Source of the DNA: an uncultured delta proteobacterium
Lineage (GTDB): Bacteria; Myxococcota_A; Polyangia; Fen-1088
Assembly (NCBI GenBank): GCA_963796685.1
Contig: CAWCMR010000025.1
Span: forward strand, 1,440,001 to 1,504,000
Direction of reading: 5' to 3'
Length of the DNA: 64,000 bases
Shown here piece by piece: positions 32,625-42,936 of the stretch. The first letter of the stretch is position 1. Each line of letters starts with the position of its first letter. Made by a program: the position numbers and the translations under genes. The notes below the pieces were generated by a model that saw nothing but the letters and a program-made list of their open reading frames with translations, had not been told where the DNA came from and made no database searches.

Positions 32625-33473
32625 GTGAGCGCAAAAGGAATCCGAGTGCTGGTCGCCGATGACGATCCCTGGTCGCAGCAGCTCATCTCGTCCCAGCTGG
32701 TCGAATCCGGGTTCCGCGTCGACTGCGCCGCGGATGGCTGGGAGGCCCTGATCCTGGCCGGCCGGGCCCGTCCGGATTTGATCGTGATGGAGGTTCACCT
32801 CCCGACCACCGATGCCTGGACCCTGGCCGAGGATCTGCGTCGGCAGAGCAGCAACGCCCTTGTGCCCTTCATTTTCATGGCCGACGAATCGCCAGGGCTC
32901 AAGCCCGGCAAGAGCTTCCGGCAGGGCGTGGACCAGCTTCTGACCAAGCCCTTCTCGCTCATCGACTTGCACCAGGCGATCGACAAGGCCTTCGGCGGTC
33001 CCGCCAGCGATTCGAGCTACTCGGGCTCGACCAAGATCATCGTCGAGGTTCCCTCGGGACCGCACAACGTGGCCAAGTTCGCCACCCACATCATGCCGCC
33101 GCCGAGCGAGTCGTGGGAGATGGAGGGGCTCGAGCCGGCCCTCAAGGGCTCGCTGGCCAGCTTCGGACTTTCGAGCCTGCTCATGGTCATCGAGCTGGAA
33201 CGCATGTCGGGCATGGTGGCTCTGCACGGCCCCATCGGCATCGGCCGCCTCGCCATCCGCCAGGGGCGCGTGATCCGCGCGCGCATCGACGGTGCGCAGG
33301 GGGCGCGCGGCGCCTATGCCATCTACGAAATGCTCCAATGGGCCAAGGGCACCTTCGAGCTCGAGGCTGGTGAGGTGAGCGGCGAGGACCAGATCGAACG
33401 GTCGACGTCCTTCTTGCTGATGGAAGGCGCACGTCTGGCCGACGAGCGCGCGTACTCGGGCAAGAAGCACTGA
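32625..33473 (+). CDS. Atypical response regulator receiver + DUF4388 (PatA-N-like) domain
   Basis: VLVADDD, PDLIVMEV, KPF; GSLASFGLSSLL..IE.ERMSG, W.KGTFE, LLMEGAR.ADE. Confidence 0.85.
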   Translation: MSAKGIRVLVADDDPWSQQLISSQLVESGFRVDCAADGWEALILAGRARPDLIVMEVHLPTTDAWTLAEDLRRQSSNALVPFIFMADESPGLKPGKSFRQGVDQLLTKPFSLIDLHQAIDKAFGGPASDSSYSGSTKIIVEVPSGPHNVAKFATHIMPPPSESWEMEGLEPALKGSLASFGLSSLLMVIELERMSGMVALHGPIGIGRLAIRQGRVIRARIDGAQGARGAYAIYEMLQWAKGTFELEAGEVSGEDQIERSTSFLLMEGARLADERAYSGKKH

Positions 33474-33476
33474 CCC

Positions 33477-34472
33477 GTGGTGCCGGAGGTGGAAAGCTCG
33501 GAGCTTGCAGCCGCCGTGGCCGCCGAAGCGGACGAGCCGCGCGAGATCATGCCGCTTGCGCTGCGGGTTCCACCCGAGTGCGACGGCTGGCGCCTCGACC
33601 ACTTTCTCAAGCAGCGCATTCGCCGCCTGTCGCGTACCAAGATTCGCACTATCATCGAATCGCAGGTGTGGCTGCCCGACGGGCGGCAACCGCGACCTGC
33701 CATGCCCGTGCGCACCGGCGACACCATCCACATCGATCGCCCGGCCCCCATCGAGCCCGAGGTGCCGCGCGAGTTTCCCATTCTCGCCTCGGATGCGTGC
33801 TTCATGGCCATCGACAAGCCGGCGGGCTTGCCCATGCACACCACGGCCAAGTTCTGGAAAAACACCCTGGTGGCCATCCTGCGCGAGCGCTATCCCGACG
33901 AGGGTTTGCAGATTTGCCATCGCATCGATCGCGAGACCTCGGGCGTGCTGCTCATCGCGCGCACGCGCGAGGCCGCCTCGTTTCTCAAGCGCGCCTTCGC
34001 CTCGCGCGCGGTGAAGAAGACCTACCTGGCGCTGGTACACGGGATCCCGGCGCCATCCTCGGGCGTGATCGATGCGCCCATGCGCCTTGTCGAAAGCCGG
34101 TCGCATCTCATGATGGGCGTGGAGGAGGACGGCCTGCCCGCGGTCACGCGCTATGCCGTGCGCGAGACCTTTGCGCGACACGCGCTCATCGAGGCGGCGC
34201 CCGAGACGGGCAGGCAACACCAGATCCGCGTGCACCTGGCACACCTTGGTCATCCCATCGTGGGCGACAAGCTCTATGGGGCCGGCGAGCAGGCCTTCAT
34301 GGACTACTGCGACTCGGGCATGACCCCCGAGCTGCTGGACCTCTTCGACGGTCTGCCCCGCCACGCCCTGCACGCCGCGCGGCTCATCTTCCCGCACCCC
34401 GAGACGCGGGAAATGATCACGGTGGAAAGCCCCCTGCCCGGCGATCTCTGCGATTACATGAAGGGTCTGTGA
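33477..34472 (+). CDS. RluA/RluD-family 23S rRNA pseudouridine synthase
   Basis: S4-like RLDHFL, DKPAGLPMH, HRIDRETSG, TGRQHQIRVH, HPIVGDKLYG, LHA. Confidence 0.95.
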   Translation: MVPEVESSELAAAVAAEADEPREIMPLALRVPPECDGWRLDHFLKQRIRRLSRTKIRTIIESQVWLPDGRQPRPAMPVRTGDTIHIDRPAPIEPEVPREFPILASDACFMAIDKPAGLPMHTTAKFWKNTLVAILRERYPDEGLQICHRIDRETSGVLLIARTREAASFLKRAFASRAVKKTYLALVHGIPAPSSGVIDAPMRLVESRSHLMMGVEEDGLPAVTRYAVRETFARHALIEAAPETGRQHQIRVHLAHLGHPIVGDKLYGAGEQAFMDYCDSGMTPELLDLFDGLPRHALHAARLIFPHPETREMITVESPLPGDLCDYMKGL

Positions 34473-34525
34473 GGGTGGCTCCGCGCTTGGTCGCGAACGA
34501 TGTCCTTTGGCATTTGCAGATCTGT

Positions 34526-34544
34526 CATGTACAGTTTGTACATG
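34526..34544. promoter_or_regulatory. Operator palindrome CATGTACA-GTT-TGTACATG overlapping the antitoxin start
   Basis: Perfect 8-bp inverted repeat; typical of TA autoregulation. Confidence 0.75.
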
Positions 34545-34796
34545 TCACGACAGATGGCTATCAGCGAAGTCAGGAGAGTCCTGCCCTCTCTTTTGAAGGA
34601 GATTCAGAGGGATGGTACAACCGTGGAAATTACGAATCGTGGCGTCAGTGTTGCGCGTTTGATTGGGCCACTGACTGACGAGGCCGGAACGGCAAGGGCA
34701 CTTCTCTCCCTGCGACAGACGTTGCACCGCCGTCGTGGACGGCGCGGAGACGTGTCGGCGCACAAGACCGACTACCTGACCAGACGCCACGACTAA
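34542..34796 (+). CDS. Phd/YefM-family antitoxin
   Basis: MAISEVRRVLPSLLKEIQRDGTTVEITNRGVSVARL; TAATG overlap with toxin. Confidence 0.85.
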   Translation: MSRQMAISEVRRVLPSLLKEIQRDGTTVEITNRGVSVARLIGPLTDEAGTARALLSLRQTLHRRRGRRGDVSAHKTDYLTRRHD

Positions 34797-35212
34797 TGCC
34801 CCTCCCGAAGGAATTGTTCATCGACACGTCGTTCTGGTTCGCGGCAATGGTAGCCACCGACGTGAATCATGAACGGGCGGGGGAATTACTCGAAGAGGCG
34901 GCCGTTGCGGCCAGTCGGTTCCACACCACACGCGAGGTGATCAGCGAAACTCTCACCCTTTTACGCTATCGAGACGGGGCGCGTTCGGCTCTGCTGTTCG
35001 CCAGAGATATCCTGCCGACCATCGAAATGGTTGTTGCCGACTTGACTGACCACGCGGCCGCTTTGGAGGTCTTTCGACGTATGGCCCCTCAACGACGCCT
35101 CTCCTACTGCGATGCGCTCTCGTTCGTAATCGTGAGGCAACGGCTTGGTGACATGGCCTGCCTGGCATTCGACCGCGACTTTCGCGCGCTCGGTCTCACA
35201 GTTCTGGGCTGA
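34796..35212 (+). CDS. PIN-domain (VapC-like) toxin
   Basis: FIDTSFW, VISET, LSYCDALSF, LAFDRDF. Confidence 0.92.
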   Translation: MPLPKELFIDTSFWFAAMVATDVNHERAGELLEEAAVAASRFHTTREVISETLTLLRYRDGARSALLFARDILPTIEMVVADLTDHAAALEVFRRMAPQRRLSYCDALSFVIVRQRLGDMACLAFDRDFRALGLTVLG

Positions 35213-35294
35213 CACCACCCACAACGCGGGAAATGATCACGGTGGAAAGCCCGCTGCCCGGCGATCTTCGCGACTACATGAAAGGGCTGTGAGG

Positions 35295-35923
35295 GTGGCA
35301 TCGCTCTTGGTCGGCATCGCCGGCGGATCGGGGAGCGGCAAGACAACACTGGCCAGAGGCGTGGCCGCCGCCCTGCCGGCGGGGCATGCGGTGGTGATTC
35401 CACACGATGCCTACTACCGCGATCTCGCCCACCTGCCGTTCGAGGGCCGAATGGACTGCAACTTCGACGAGCCGGCCGCGCTCGACAACGAGCTTCTGGT
35501 CGAGGCTCTGCGCAGCCTGCGCGCGGGCCGGGCCATCGCGAGGCCGAGCTACGACTTTACGACTCACACTCGCCTGGCTGAAACCACGCGGGTCGAGGCA
35601 AGTCCCGTGGCGATCGTGGAGGGAATCTTGGTGCTGGCTTTCCCTGCCCTGTGCGAGGTCTTGGACCTGAGGGTGTTCGTCGAGGCCGCGGAAGCAACCC
35701 GGCTGGCGCGCCGGGTTGACCGCGACGTCGCGGAGCGTGGCCGAACGCGAGAAGGCGCTGAAATCCAGCCCGGCGCACCACCCGGCCCATGCATATCCTG
35801 CACGTGGAGCCGAGCCGAGCGCGGGCGGATTTGGTGGTCTCCGGCGAGGACGGAGCCGAGCGGGCAGTGAAAAGCGTGACGATGGCCATCCGTCGCCTCC
35901 CCAAACCTGGAATTCGAGCCTAG
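35295..35923 (+). CDS. udk: Uridine kinase (single-base frameshift near 35770)
   Basis: GIAGGSGSGKTT, DAYY, NFDEPAA, YDFTTH, VEGIL, RRVDRDV.ERGR; continues in shifted frame RPMHILHVEPSRARADLVV to TAG 35923. Confidence 0.9.
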
Positions 35924-35997
35924 ACGACTTTTTATGCAATAATACGGCGTTTCGTGAAAAAAGAAGACGCAATTAGTCCGACAATGAAGGAGAAGCG

Positions 35998-36606
35998 ATG
36001 CGCACATTCGGTACTTTCCTGGGAGTAGGAATTTTGGCAATGACCGTTGGCTGCGGAGGCAGCAGTAGTTCCAGCCTCGATGGCGGCGGCGCCACCCAAG
36101 GACCATCTGGCGACGCCGGCGGTGCACTCGGCGGCACCGGCGGCGTGATGGGCGGCAACGGCGGCGCTGGCGGAGGTGGCGGGGGAAGCGCCGGATCCTG
36201 CAACTATCCGAGCTGTCTGGCGAGCCTGGCCACGTCTTGCCAGCCGTCCGGAACTTGCGTCGAGCAGACGGACACGACGACGTTTGCGATTAACACCTGT
36301 TACTCGAATGGAGTGAAGGTGATCACCGCAGTCGATCTCACCTCGGGATCCGGGACCGTGACGTTCAAGAACGGCAGCACGGTATGCTACACCTTCGCAG
36401 CAGGTGCCAGTGCGACCGGGGCCGAGACCCTTACCATCAAGAATGCGGCCGGTACTACCATCGCGACCGGTACCAGCGACACCGCCGGCAATACGACCAT
36501 CACCTGCACCGGCGGTTCCCCCGTCACGCTCAATTCTAGCTGTCAAGATTCGACGGGCAGCGGCTCTTCGACGGCGGGCTGTACGACTGGAACCTGTACG
36601 CCTTAG
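35998..36606 (+). CDS. Cys-rich lipoprotein with Gly-rich linker
   Basis: RBS AAGGAG; lipobox TVGC; paired Cys; Thr/Gly rich. Confidence 0.75.
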   Translation: MRTFGTFLGVGILAMTVGCGGSSSSSLDGGGATQGPSGDAGGALGGTGGVMGGNGGAGGGGGGSAGSCNYPSCLASLATSCQPSGTCVEQTDTTTFAINTCYSNGVKVITAVDLTSGSGTVTFKNGSTVCYTFAAGASATGAETLTIKNAAGTTIATGTSDTAGNTTITCTGGSPVTLNSSCQDSTGSGSSTAGCTTGTCTP

Positions 36607-36630
36607 GCGGAACCATCTTCGAGCGAAGCC

Positions 36631-36656
36631 GGCGAAGCGGGGCAACCTGCTTCGCC
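36631..36656 (+). terminator. GC-rich hairpin GGCGAAGCGGG-GCAA-CCTGCTTCGCC
   Basis: 11-bp stem with GCAA tetraloop about 25 bp after the lipoprotein stop. Confidence 0.55.
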
Positions 36657-36718
36657 GTCTTCATGTGCGTGACGAAGAAGTGCCCTTGCCCGAAAAAAAA
36701 CCGTAGATTCACCGGCCC

Positions 36719-38518
<1,800 letters not shown>

Positions 38519-38524
38519 AGGAGC

Positions 38525-38594
38525 CCCCGGGGACGGGTTTGAAACCCCGGGGCGGGTTTGAAACCCCGGGGGCGGGTTTGAAACCCGCCCCTAC
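38525..38594. repeat. GTAG-type REP element with tandem amplification of its left arm
   Basis: Three ~19-20 bp units CCCCGGGG(A/G)CGGGTTTGAAA ending in the full palindrome GGGGCGGGTTTGAAACCCGCCCCTAC (GTAG on - strand), between convergent genes. Confidence 0.75.
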
Positions 38595-39154
38595 GACTTT
38601 TGATAGGTGCCCAACCATTCGGCGTGGGCCAGGATGTGGCCGTGCATGGCCTTCTCCAGGGCGGCCTTGGTGGGCTTGTGCAGATCGGGCAGAACCTCGT
38701 CCAGGGCATAGAGCTTGAAGAAATAGCGATGGCGGCCGACGGGAGGGCAAGGACCGCGGTAGCCGGTGCGCTTCCAGTCGTTGAGACCCTCGAGTGTCCC
38801 GGACGGCAGCTCGCGCGAGGCGATCGCCTCTGCAAGCCCCGTGGTTTTGGGCGGCAGGTTGTAGAGCACCCAGTGCACCCACGTCATCCTGGGCGCCGCC
38901 GGGTCGGGCGCGTCGGGATCGTCGACGATGAGGGCCAGGCTCTTGGCACCGGCCGGGATTTCGGCAAAGGCAAGGGGCGGAGAACGGTCGGCTCCTTCAC
39001 AGGTGAACTGCGAGGGGATCGAGGCGTTGGCGGCAAAGGCGGACGATGAGATGCGCATGGCAGACGACTCCTTGGCGGCGCTGCGGCTGGCGGCGCCGCA
39101 GACGAGAGCGAGCGTGATGGCCCCGAGGGGGCGAAGTCGTTGGGCGAAATTCAC
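38591..39154 (-). CDS. YbhB/YbcL (PEBP) family protein
   Basis: SPPL, DDPDAP, WVHW, YRGPCPP.GRHRY. Confidence 0.92.
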   Translation of the reverse strand: MNFAQRLRPLGAITLALVCGAASRSAAKESSAMRISSSAFAANASIPSQFTCEGADRSPPLAFAEIPAGAKSLALIVDDPDAPDPAAPRMTWVHWVLYNLPPKTTGLAEAIASRELPSGTLEGLNDWKRTGYRGPCPPVGRHRYFFKLYALDEVLPDLHKPTKAALEKAMHGHILAHAEWLGTYQKS

Positions 39155-39200
39155 GCTTTAAGCAGAATCCCAAGATCGACCAAAGTCAAACCAGGCAGGA

Positions 39201-40751
39201 TCACCGTCCTTTCGCCAGGCCAAGCCGACGGACCAGGCGATGGAAGTTGCCGCGATCCATGCCGAGAGCGCGCGCTGCTGCGGCCAGGCTGTCGGGGTGG
39301 TCGGCAAGCGCACGCTCGACGAGCGCGCGCTGGTGGGCGCGCGCGGACTCCGCAAGCGTTCGCCCGCGAGGGGTTGTCGCGGCCGGCGCGGCTTCGACGA
39401 CTTCGGGCGCGACCTTGCCCACGTCGGATTCGAGATGTTTCGCCGACAGCACGATGGCCTCGCCGCGCGGCACCACGGCCGTGCGGCGCAAGACCGCGCG
39501 CGAGATGACGTTTTCGAGCTCACGCACGTTGCCCGGCCAGGGATAGGCGAGCAAGGTCTCGATGGCGCTGGCGTCGAGACGAACGGGGCCAACGCCCATG
39601 CGGCGCCTGGCCGTGTCGCAGAAGTACCCGGCCAGAAGCGCGATGTCCTCGCCGCGCTCGCGCAAGGGCGGCGCGGCCAGCGGGTACACATTCAGGCGAT
39701 GGAAGAGATCCGCGCGAAAACGGCCGGCGGCGACCTCCGCGGCCAGGTCGCGGTTGGTGGCGGCCAGGACGCGCACGTTGACCTCGAGGGTGCGGTCGGC
39801 GCCCACGCGCTGGATCTCGCCTTCCTGCAAGGCCCGCAGGAGCTTCGGCTGCACGGTCAGGGGCAGCTCGCCGATCTCGTCGAGGAACAGGGTGCCCTTG
39901 TCGGCGACCTCGAACTTGCCCGGACGATCACCGGCAGCGCCAGTAAAAGCCCCGCGCACGTGCCCGAACAGCTCGGCCTCGGCCAGGGTTTCGGGCAGGG
40001 CCGCGCAGTTGACGTGGATGATGGGCTCGTTCCGCCGCGTGGACGCCGCGTGCACGGCGCGCGCGATCAGCTCCTTGCCGGTGCCGGTCTCGCCATGGAT
40101 GAGCACGGAGAAATCGGAGCGCGCGACCAGCTCGATCTCGCGGCGCAGGCGCTGGATGGGCGCGCTGGTGCCGATGATCTCGCTTCCTTGCATCATCGAC
40201 TCGCGCATGAGATCGCGCACCACGAGTCCCTGGTGCTCGGCCGCGTGCTCGAGCGCGGCGATGAGCTGGTTGGTGCGCATCTCGGCCGCGGCCAAGGCAG
40301 ACACCGCGGCGAGAAAGCGCAGGTCGATTCCGTCGAAGGCCTTGGGGTCGAGGGCATCCGCGGTGAGGGCGCCCACGAGCTCGCCATGCACCACCAGCGG
40401 ACACCCGAGGCAAGCGTGTACGCGATGGAGCGCGCCCTGGTCGTGCTCTAGCTGTCCGTCGAAGGGATCGGGAAGGGTGGTGTCGGAGGGAAAGAACACC
40501 GGCTCGCGCGAGCGGCAGATGATTTCCAGGCGCGGGTGGTCGCGCAGGGGATAGGGCTTGCCGCTGGCCGCGGGCGAGAGTCCCGTGGCCGCCACGGGCA
40601 AAAGGGAATCGCTCTCCAGCCGCAGGATGGTCGCGGCATCGAAAGGGATCACCCGGCGCAGGGATTCGAGCAAGCGGCGGTTGCGATCCGAGGCGGTCAG
40701 CCCGGACGCCAAATCGAGTGAGATGTTCACCACGGCATCGAGTTGGTCCAT
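39201..40751 (-). CDS. norR: NO-responsive sigma54-dependent activator
   Basis: GAF with HPRL, LPDPFDG, VHACLGCPL, LTADAL; AAA+ GETGTGKE, GAFTGA, FLDEIGE; C-terminal Fis-type HTH. Confidence 0.93.
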   Translation of the reverse strand: MDQLDAVVNISLDLASGLTASDRNRRLLESLRRVIPFDAATILRLESDSLLPVAATGLSPAASGKPYPLRDHPRLEIICRSREPVFFPSDTTLPDPFDGQLEHDQGALHRVHACLGCPLVVHGELVGALTADALDPKAFDGIDLRFLAAVSALAAAEMRTNQLIAALEHAAEHQGLVVRDLMRESMMQGSEIIGTSAPIQRLRREIELVARSDFSVLIHGETGTGKELIARAVHAASTRRNEPIIHVNCAALPETLAEAELFGHVRGAFTGAAGDRPGKFEVADKGTLFLDEIGELPLTVQPKLLRALQEGEIQRVGADRTLEVNVRVLAATNRDLAAEVAAGRFRADLFHRLNVYPLAAPPLRERGEDIALLAGYFCDTARRRMGVGPVRLDASAIETLLAYPWPGNVRELENVISRAVLRRTAVVPRGEAIVLSAKHLESDVGKVAPEVVEAAPAATTPRGRTLAESARAHQRALVERALADHPDSLAAAARALGMDRGNFHRLVRRLGLAKGR

Positions 40752-40755
40752 CGTT

Positions 40756-40869
40756 GTTACTATGACATCGTTGTTGTCATGATGACATCAATTCGCACGT
40801 TGTCTTCATGACACGTAACTGTGTAACCACCTGTTCTACAAGGACTAAATACTTGGTACCCACTTTGCT
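40756..40869 (+). promoter_or_regulatory. Three NorR boxes (GT-N7-AC) and sigma54 -24/-12 promoter
   Basis: GTTACTATGAC 40756-66, GTCATGATGAC 40776-86, GTCTTCATGAC 40802-12; TGGTACCCACTTTGCT with GG 40855-56 and GC 40867-68. Confidence 0.9.
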
Positions 40870-40911
40870 GAAGATGGCTGCAAGCGATGAGGAACGCAGC
40901 CATGAACACAG

Positions 40912-41429
40912 CCCAAAACACGCTCGGCCTAGCGACGGACGACACCACGGCCTGGGAGACGCAGCCGCCGGCCGCCATCATTGAATTCATCCTTCACCGC
41001 TACCACGAGCCCCTGCGTCGCGATTTGCCCGTCCTGGTCAGCGGCGCCCGGCGGGTCGAGGCCGAGAGCGCGCAAAGTCCTCTGTGCCCAGTCGGCCTTG
41101 CCGACCACTTGGAACAGATCCTGACGGCGGTCGAGAGCCACTTGGCCAAGGAGGAAAAGATCCTCTTCCCGCTCATTCTCGCCGGCCGTGGCGGAAGCGC
41201 CTTCATGCCCATCAAGGTGATGATGGCGGAGCACGAGGACCACGTGGCCAGTCTCGCCCGCACGCGCGCGCTGGCGCACGACTTCGCCTTGCCCACCGAT
41301 GCCAGCGAAGCCTGGCGAAGCCTCTACCTCGACCTGCAACGTCTGGAAGACGATCTGAACCGGCACATCCAGCTCGAGAACAACGTCCTGTTCACGCGCG
41401 TGATGAGCGGCGCGGATGACGGAGGTTGA
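40912..41429 (+). CDS. Hemerythrin-like protein (YtfE/RIC-like, lacking the N-terminal ScdA domain); likely start ATG 40902
   Basis: I...YHEPLR..LP, HLAKEEKILFP, PIKVMMAEHEDH, HIQLENNVLF. Confidence 0.88.
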
Positions 41430-41449
41430 CCCTTTCTTTGGAGATCGCC

Positions 41450-42910
41450 ATGCAACTCTCACCCAGCACCAAGATCAACGACCTGCTTTCGAGCCACCCC
41501 TTTCTCGAAGACTTTCTGGCCGCCTACAACCCGCACTTCGCCATTCTGAAGAACAAGATCGCGCGGACTACCGTCGGGCGAGTCGCCACCTTGGGCGCGG
41601 CGGCGCGCATCGCCGGCGTCGACCTCAGGGTCCTTTTACGCGACACGGCCGCCGCCATCGAGAAAGAGACCACCGCGCGTCCTGAGGTCACCGAGGGAGG
41701 GGAGGGAATAGACCGTCATCAGCGCATCGCCATGCTCGGCCACATCATCGCCGAGCTGCACGATGGTGGCGACCTGGCGACGGCCCGCGCGCACTTCGCC
41801 CGGGCGGTGGGCGACGTGGATGCGGGCGAGATCGCGGATATGGAGGAGGAGATGATCCGCGGCGGCTTGCCCGTGGGGGAGGTGCAACGCCTGTGCGACG
41901 TGCACGTGGGCGCGTTTCGCGATTCGCTGGACCAGAAGAAGGAGCTGTCGGTGCCGGCGGGCCATCCCGTGCACACGTACATGGCCGACAACAAGATCAT
42001 CGCGCCACTGGCCGCACAGCTCTCGGAGATCGCGCGCAAGCTCGGCACCGACCGCAGCTTGGCTGGCGAGCTTCTCCCGGTCGCCAGCATGGCGCTGGCC
42101 AAGTGCGACGGGCTCGACAACCACTACAAGCGCAAAGAAAACCAGCTCTTCCCGATGCTCGAACGCCATGGCGTAACCGGTCCTTCGCAAGTGATGTGGG
42201 GCGTGCACGACCAAATCCGCGCGCAGTGGAAGCAGGCAAGGAAATCGGTGGAGAGCGGCGACCTGGGGGCGCTGGTCGACGCCCTTCCGGCGCTCGCCCG
42301 CGGCGTGGTCGAGATGATCTACAAGGAAGAGAAGATTCTCTTCCCCATGGCCCTGGAGAAGCTGACGGCTGCGGAATGGGTAGAGGAGAAGCGCGGAGAG
42401 GACGAGCTCGGCTATGCGCTGGCCAAGCCCGCCATCGCGCTGCCCTTGGCGGCCGGGCGGCCCTCGCCGTCACCCGCGCCCGCGCCCGCCGCCGCCGCCG
42501 GCCTGCTTAGCCTGAGCACCGGCGCGCTGTCGCTGGAGATGGTGGACCTGTTGCTGCGGCACCTGCCCCTCGACCTCTCGTTCGTCGACGAGAACGACGT
42601 GGTCCGCTACTACTCGGAAAGCAAAGAGCGCATCTTCCCGCGCACGCCCGCCGCCATCGGCCGCACGGTGCAGAACTGCCACCCGCCAAGGAGCGTGGAT
42701 ACGGTCAACCGCATCCTCGAGTCGTTCCGCGCCGGGAAGAAAGACGTGGCCGAGTTCTGGATCCACATGGGTCCGCGCTTCGTCAACATTCGCTACTTCG
42801 CCGTGCGCGACAGCGCCGGCAAATACCGCGGCTGCTTGGAGGTCACGCAAGACATCGGCGCCCTCCGCGCCCTCGAAGGCGAACGCCGTCTACTCGATTG
42901 GAAAGACTGA
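41450..42910 (+). CDS. DUF1858-DUF438-hemerythrin-PAS protein
   Basis: EI..ME..MI.GGLP..EVQRLCDVH, GHPVHTY, HYKRKENQLFP, MWGVHD, MIYKEEKILFP, R.V.NCHPP, EVTQDI. Confidence 0.88.
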   Translation: MQLSPSTKINDLLSSHPFLEDFLAAYNPHFAILKNKIARTTVGRVATLGAAARIAGVDLRVLLRDTAAAIEKETTARPEVTEGGEGIDRHQRIAMLGHIIAELHDGGDLATARAHFARAVGDVDAGEIADMEEEMIRGGLPVGEVQRLCDVHVGAFRDSLDQKKELSVPAGHPVHTYMADNKIIAPLAAQLSEIARKLGTDRSLAGELLPVASMALAKCDGLDNHYKRKENQLFPMLERHGVTGPSQVMWGVHDQIRAQWKQARKSVESGDLGALVDALPALARGVVEMIYKEEKILFPMALEKLTAAEWVEEKRGEDELGYALAKPAIALPLAAGRPSPSPAPAPAAAAGLLSLSTGALSLEMVDLLLRHLPLDLSFVDENDVVRYYSESKERIFPRTPAAIGRTVQNCHPPRSVDTVNRILESFRAGKKDVAEFWIHMGPRFVNIRYFAVRDSAGKYRGCLEVTQDIGALRALEGERRLLDWKD

Positions 42911-42936
42911 TCGGACCAAGGAAAGGGACACGACCG

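Larger units (their letters stand above)
34404..35313. repeat. About 90-bp imperfect direct repeat (34404..34493 and 35224..35313) flanking the Phd/VapC module
   Basis: Both copies encode TREMITVESPLPGDL(C/R)DYMKGL* followed by GGGTGGC...CTTGGTCG; offset 820 bp. Confidence 0.92.

Noticed and set aside
31809-34397. Long antisense ORFs (e.g. 150..2465, 31809..34397, 42793..44820, 61011..63359)
   Set aside because: Shadow frames of real high-GC genes; no recognisable motifs.
35760-35780. udk frameshift
   Set aside because: Single-base loss with the conserved C-terminus intact in the next frame; most likely a sequencing error.
38525-38594. Mini CRISPR array
   Set aside because: Repeats are directly adjacent with no spacers and no cas genes; fits a REP.
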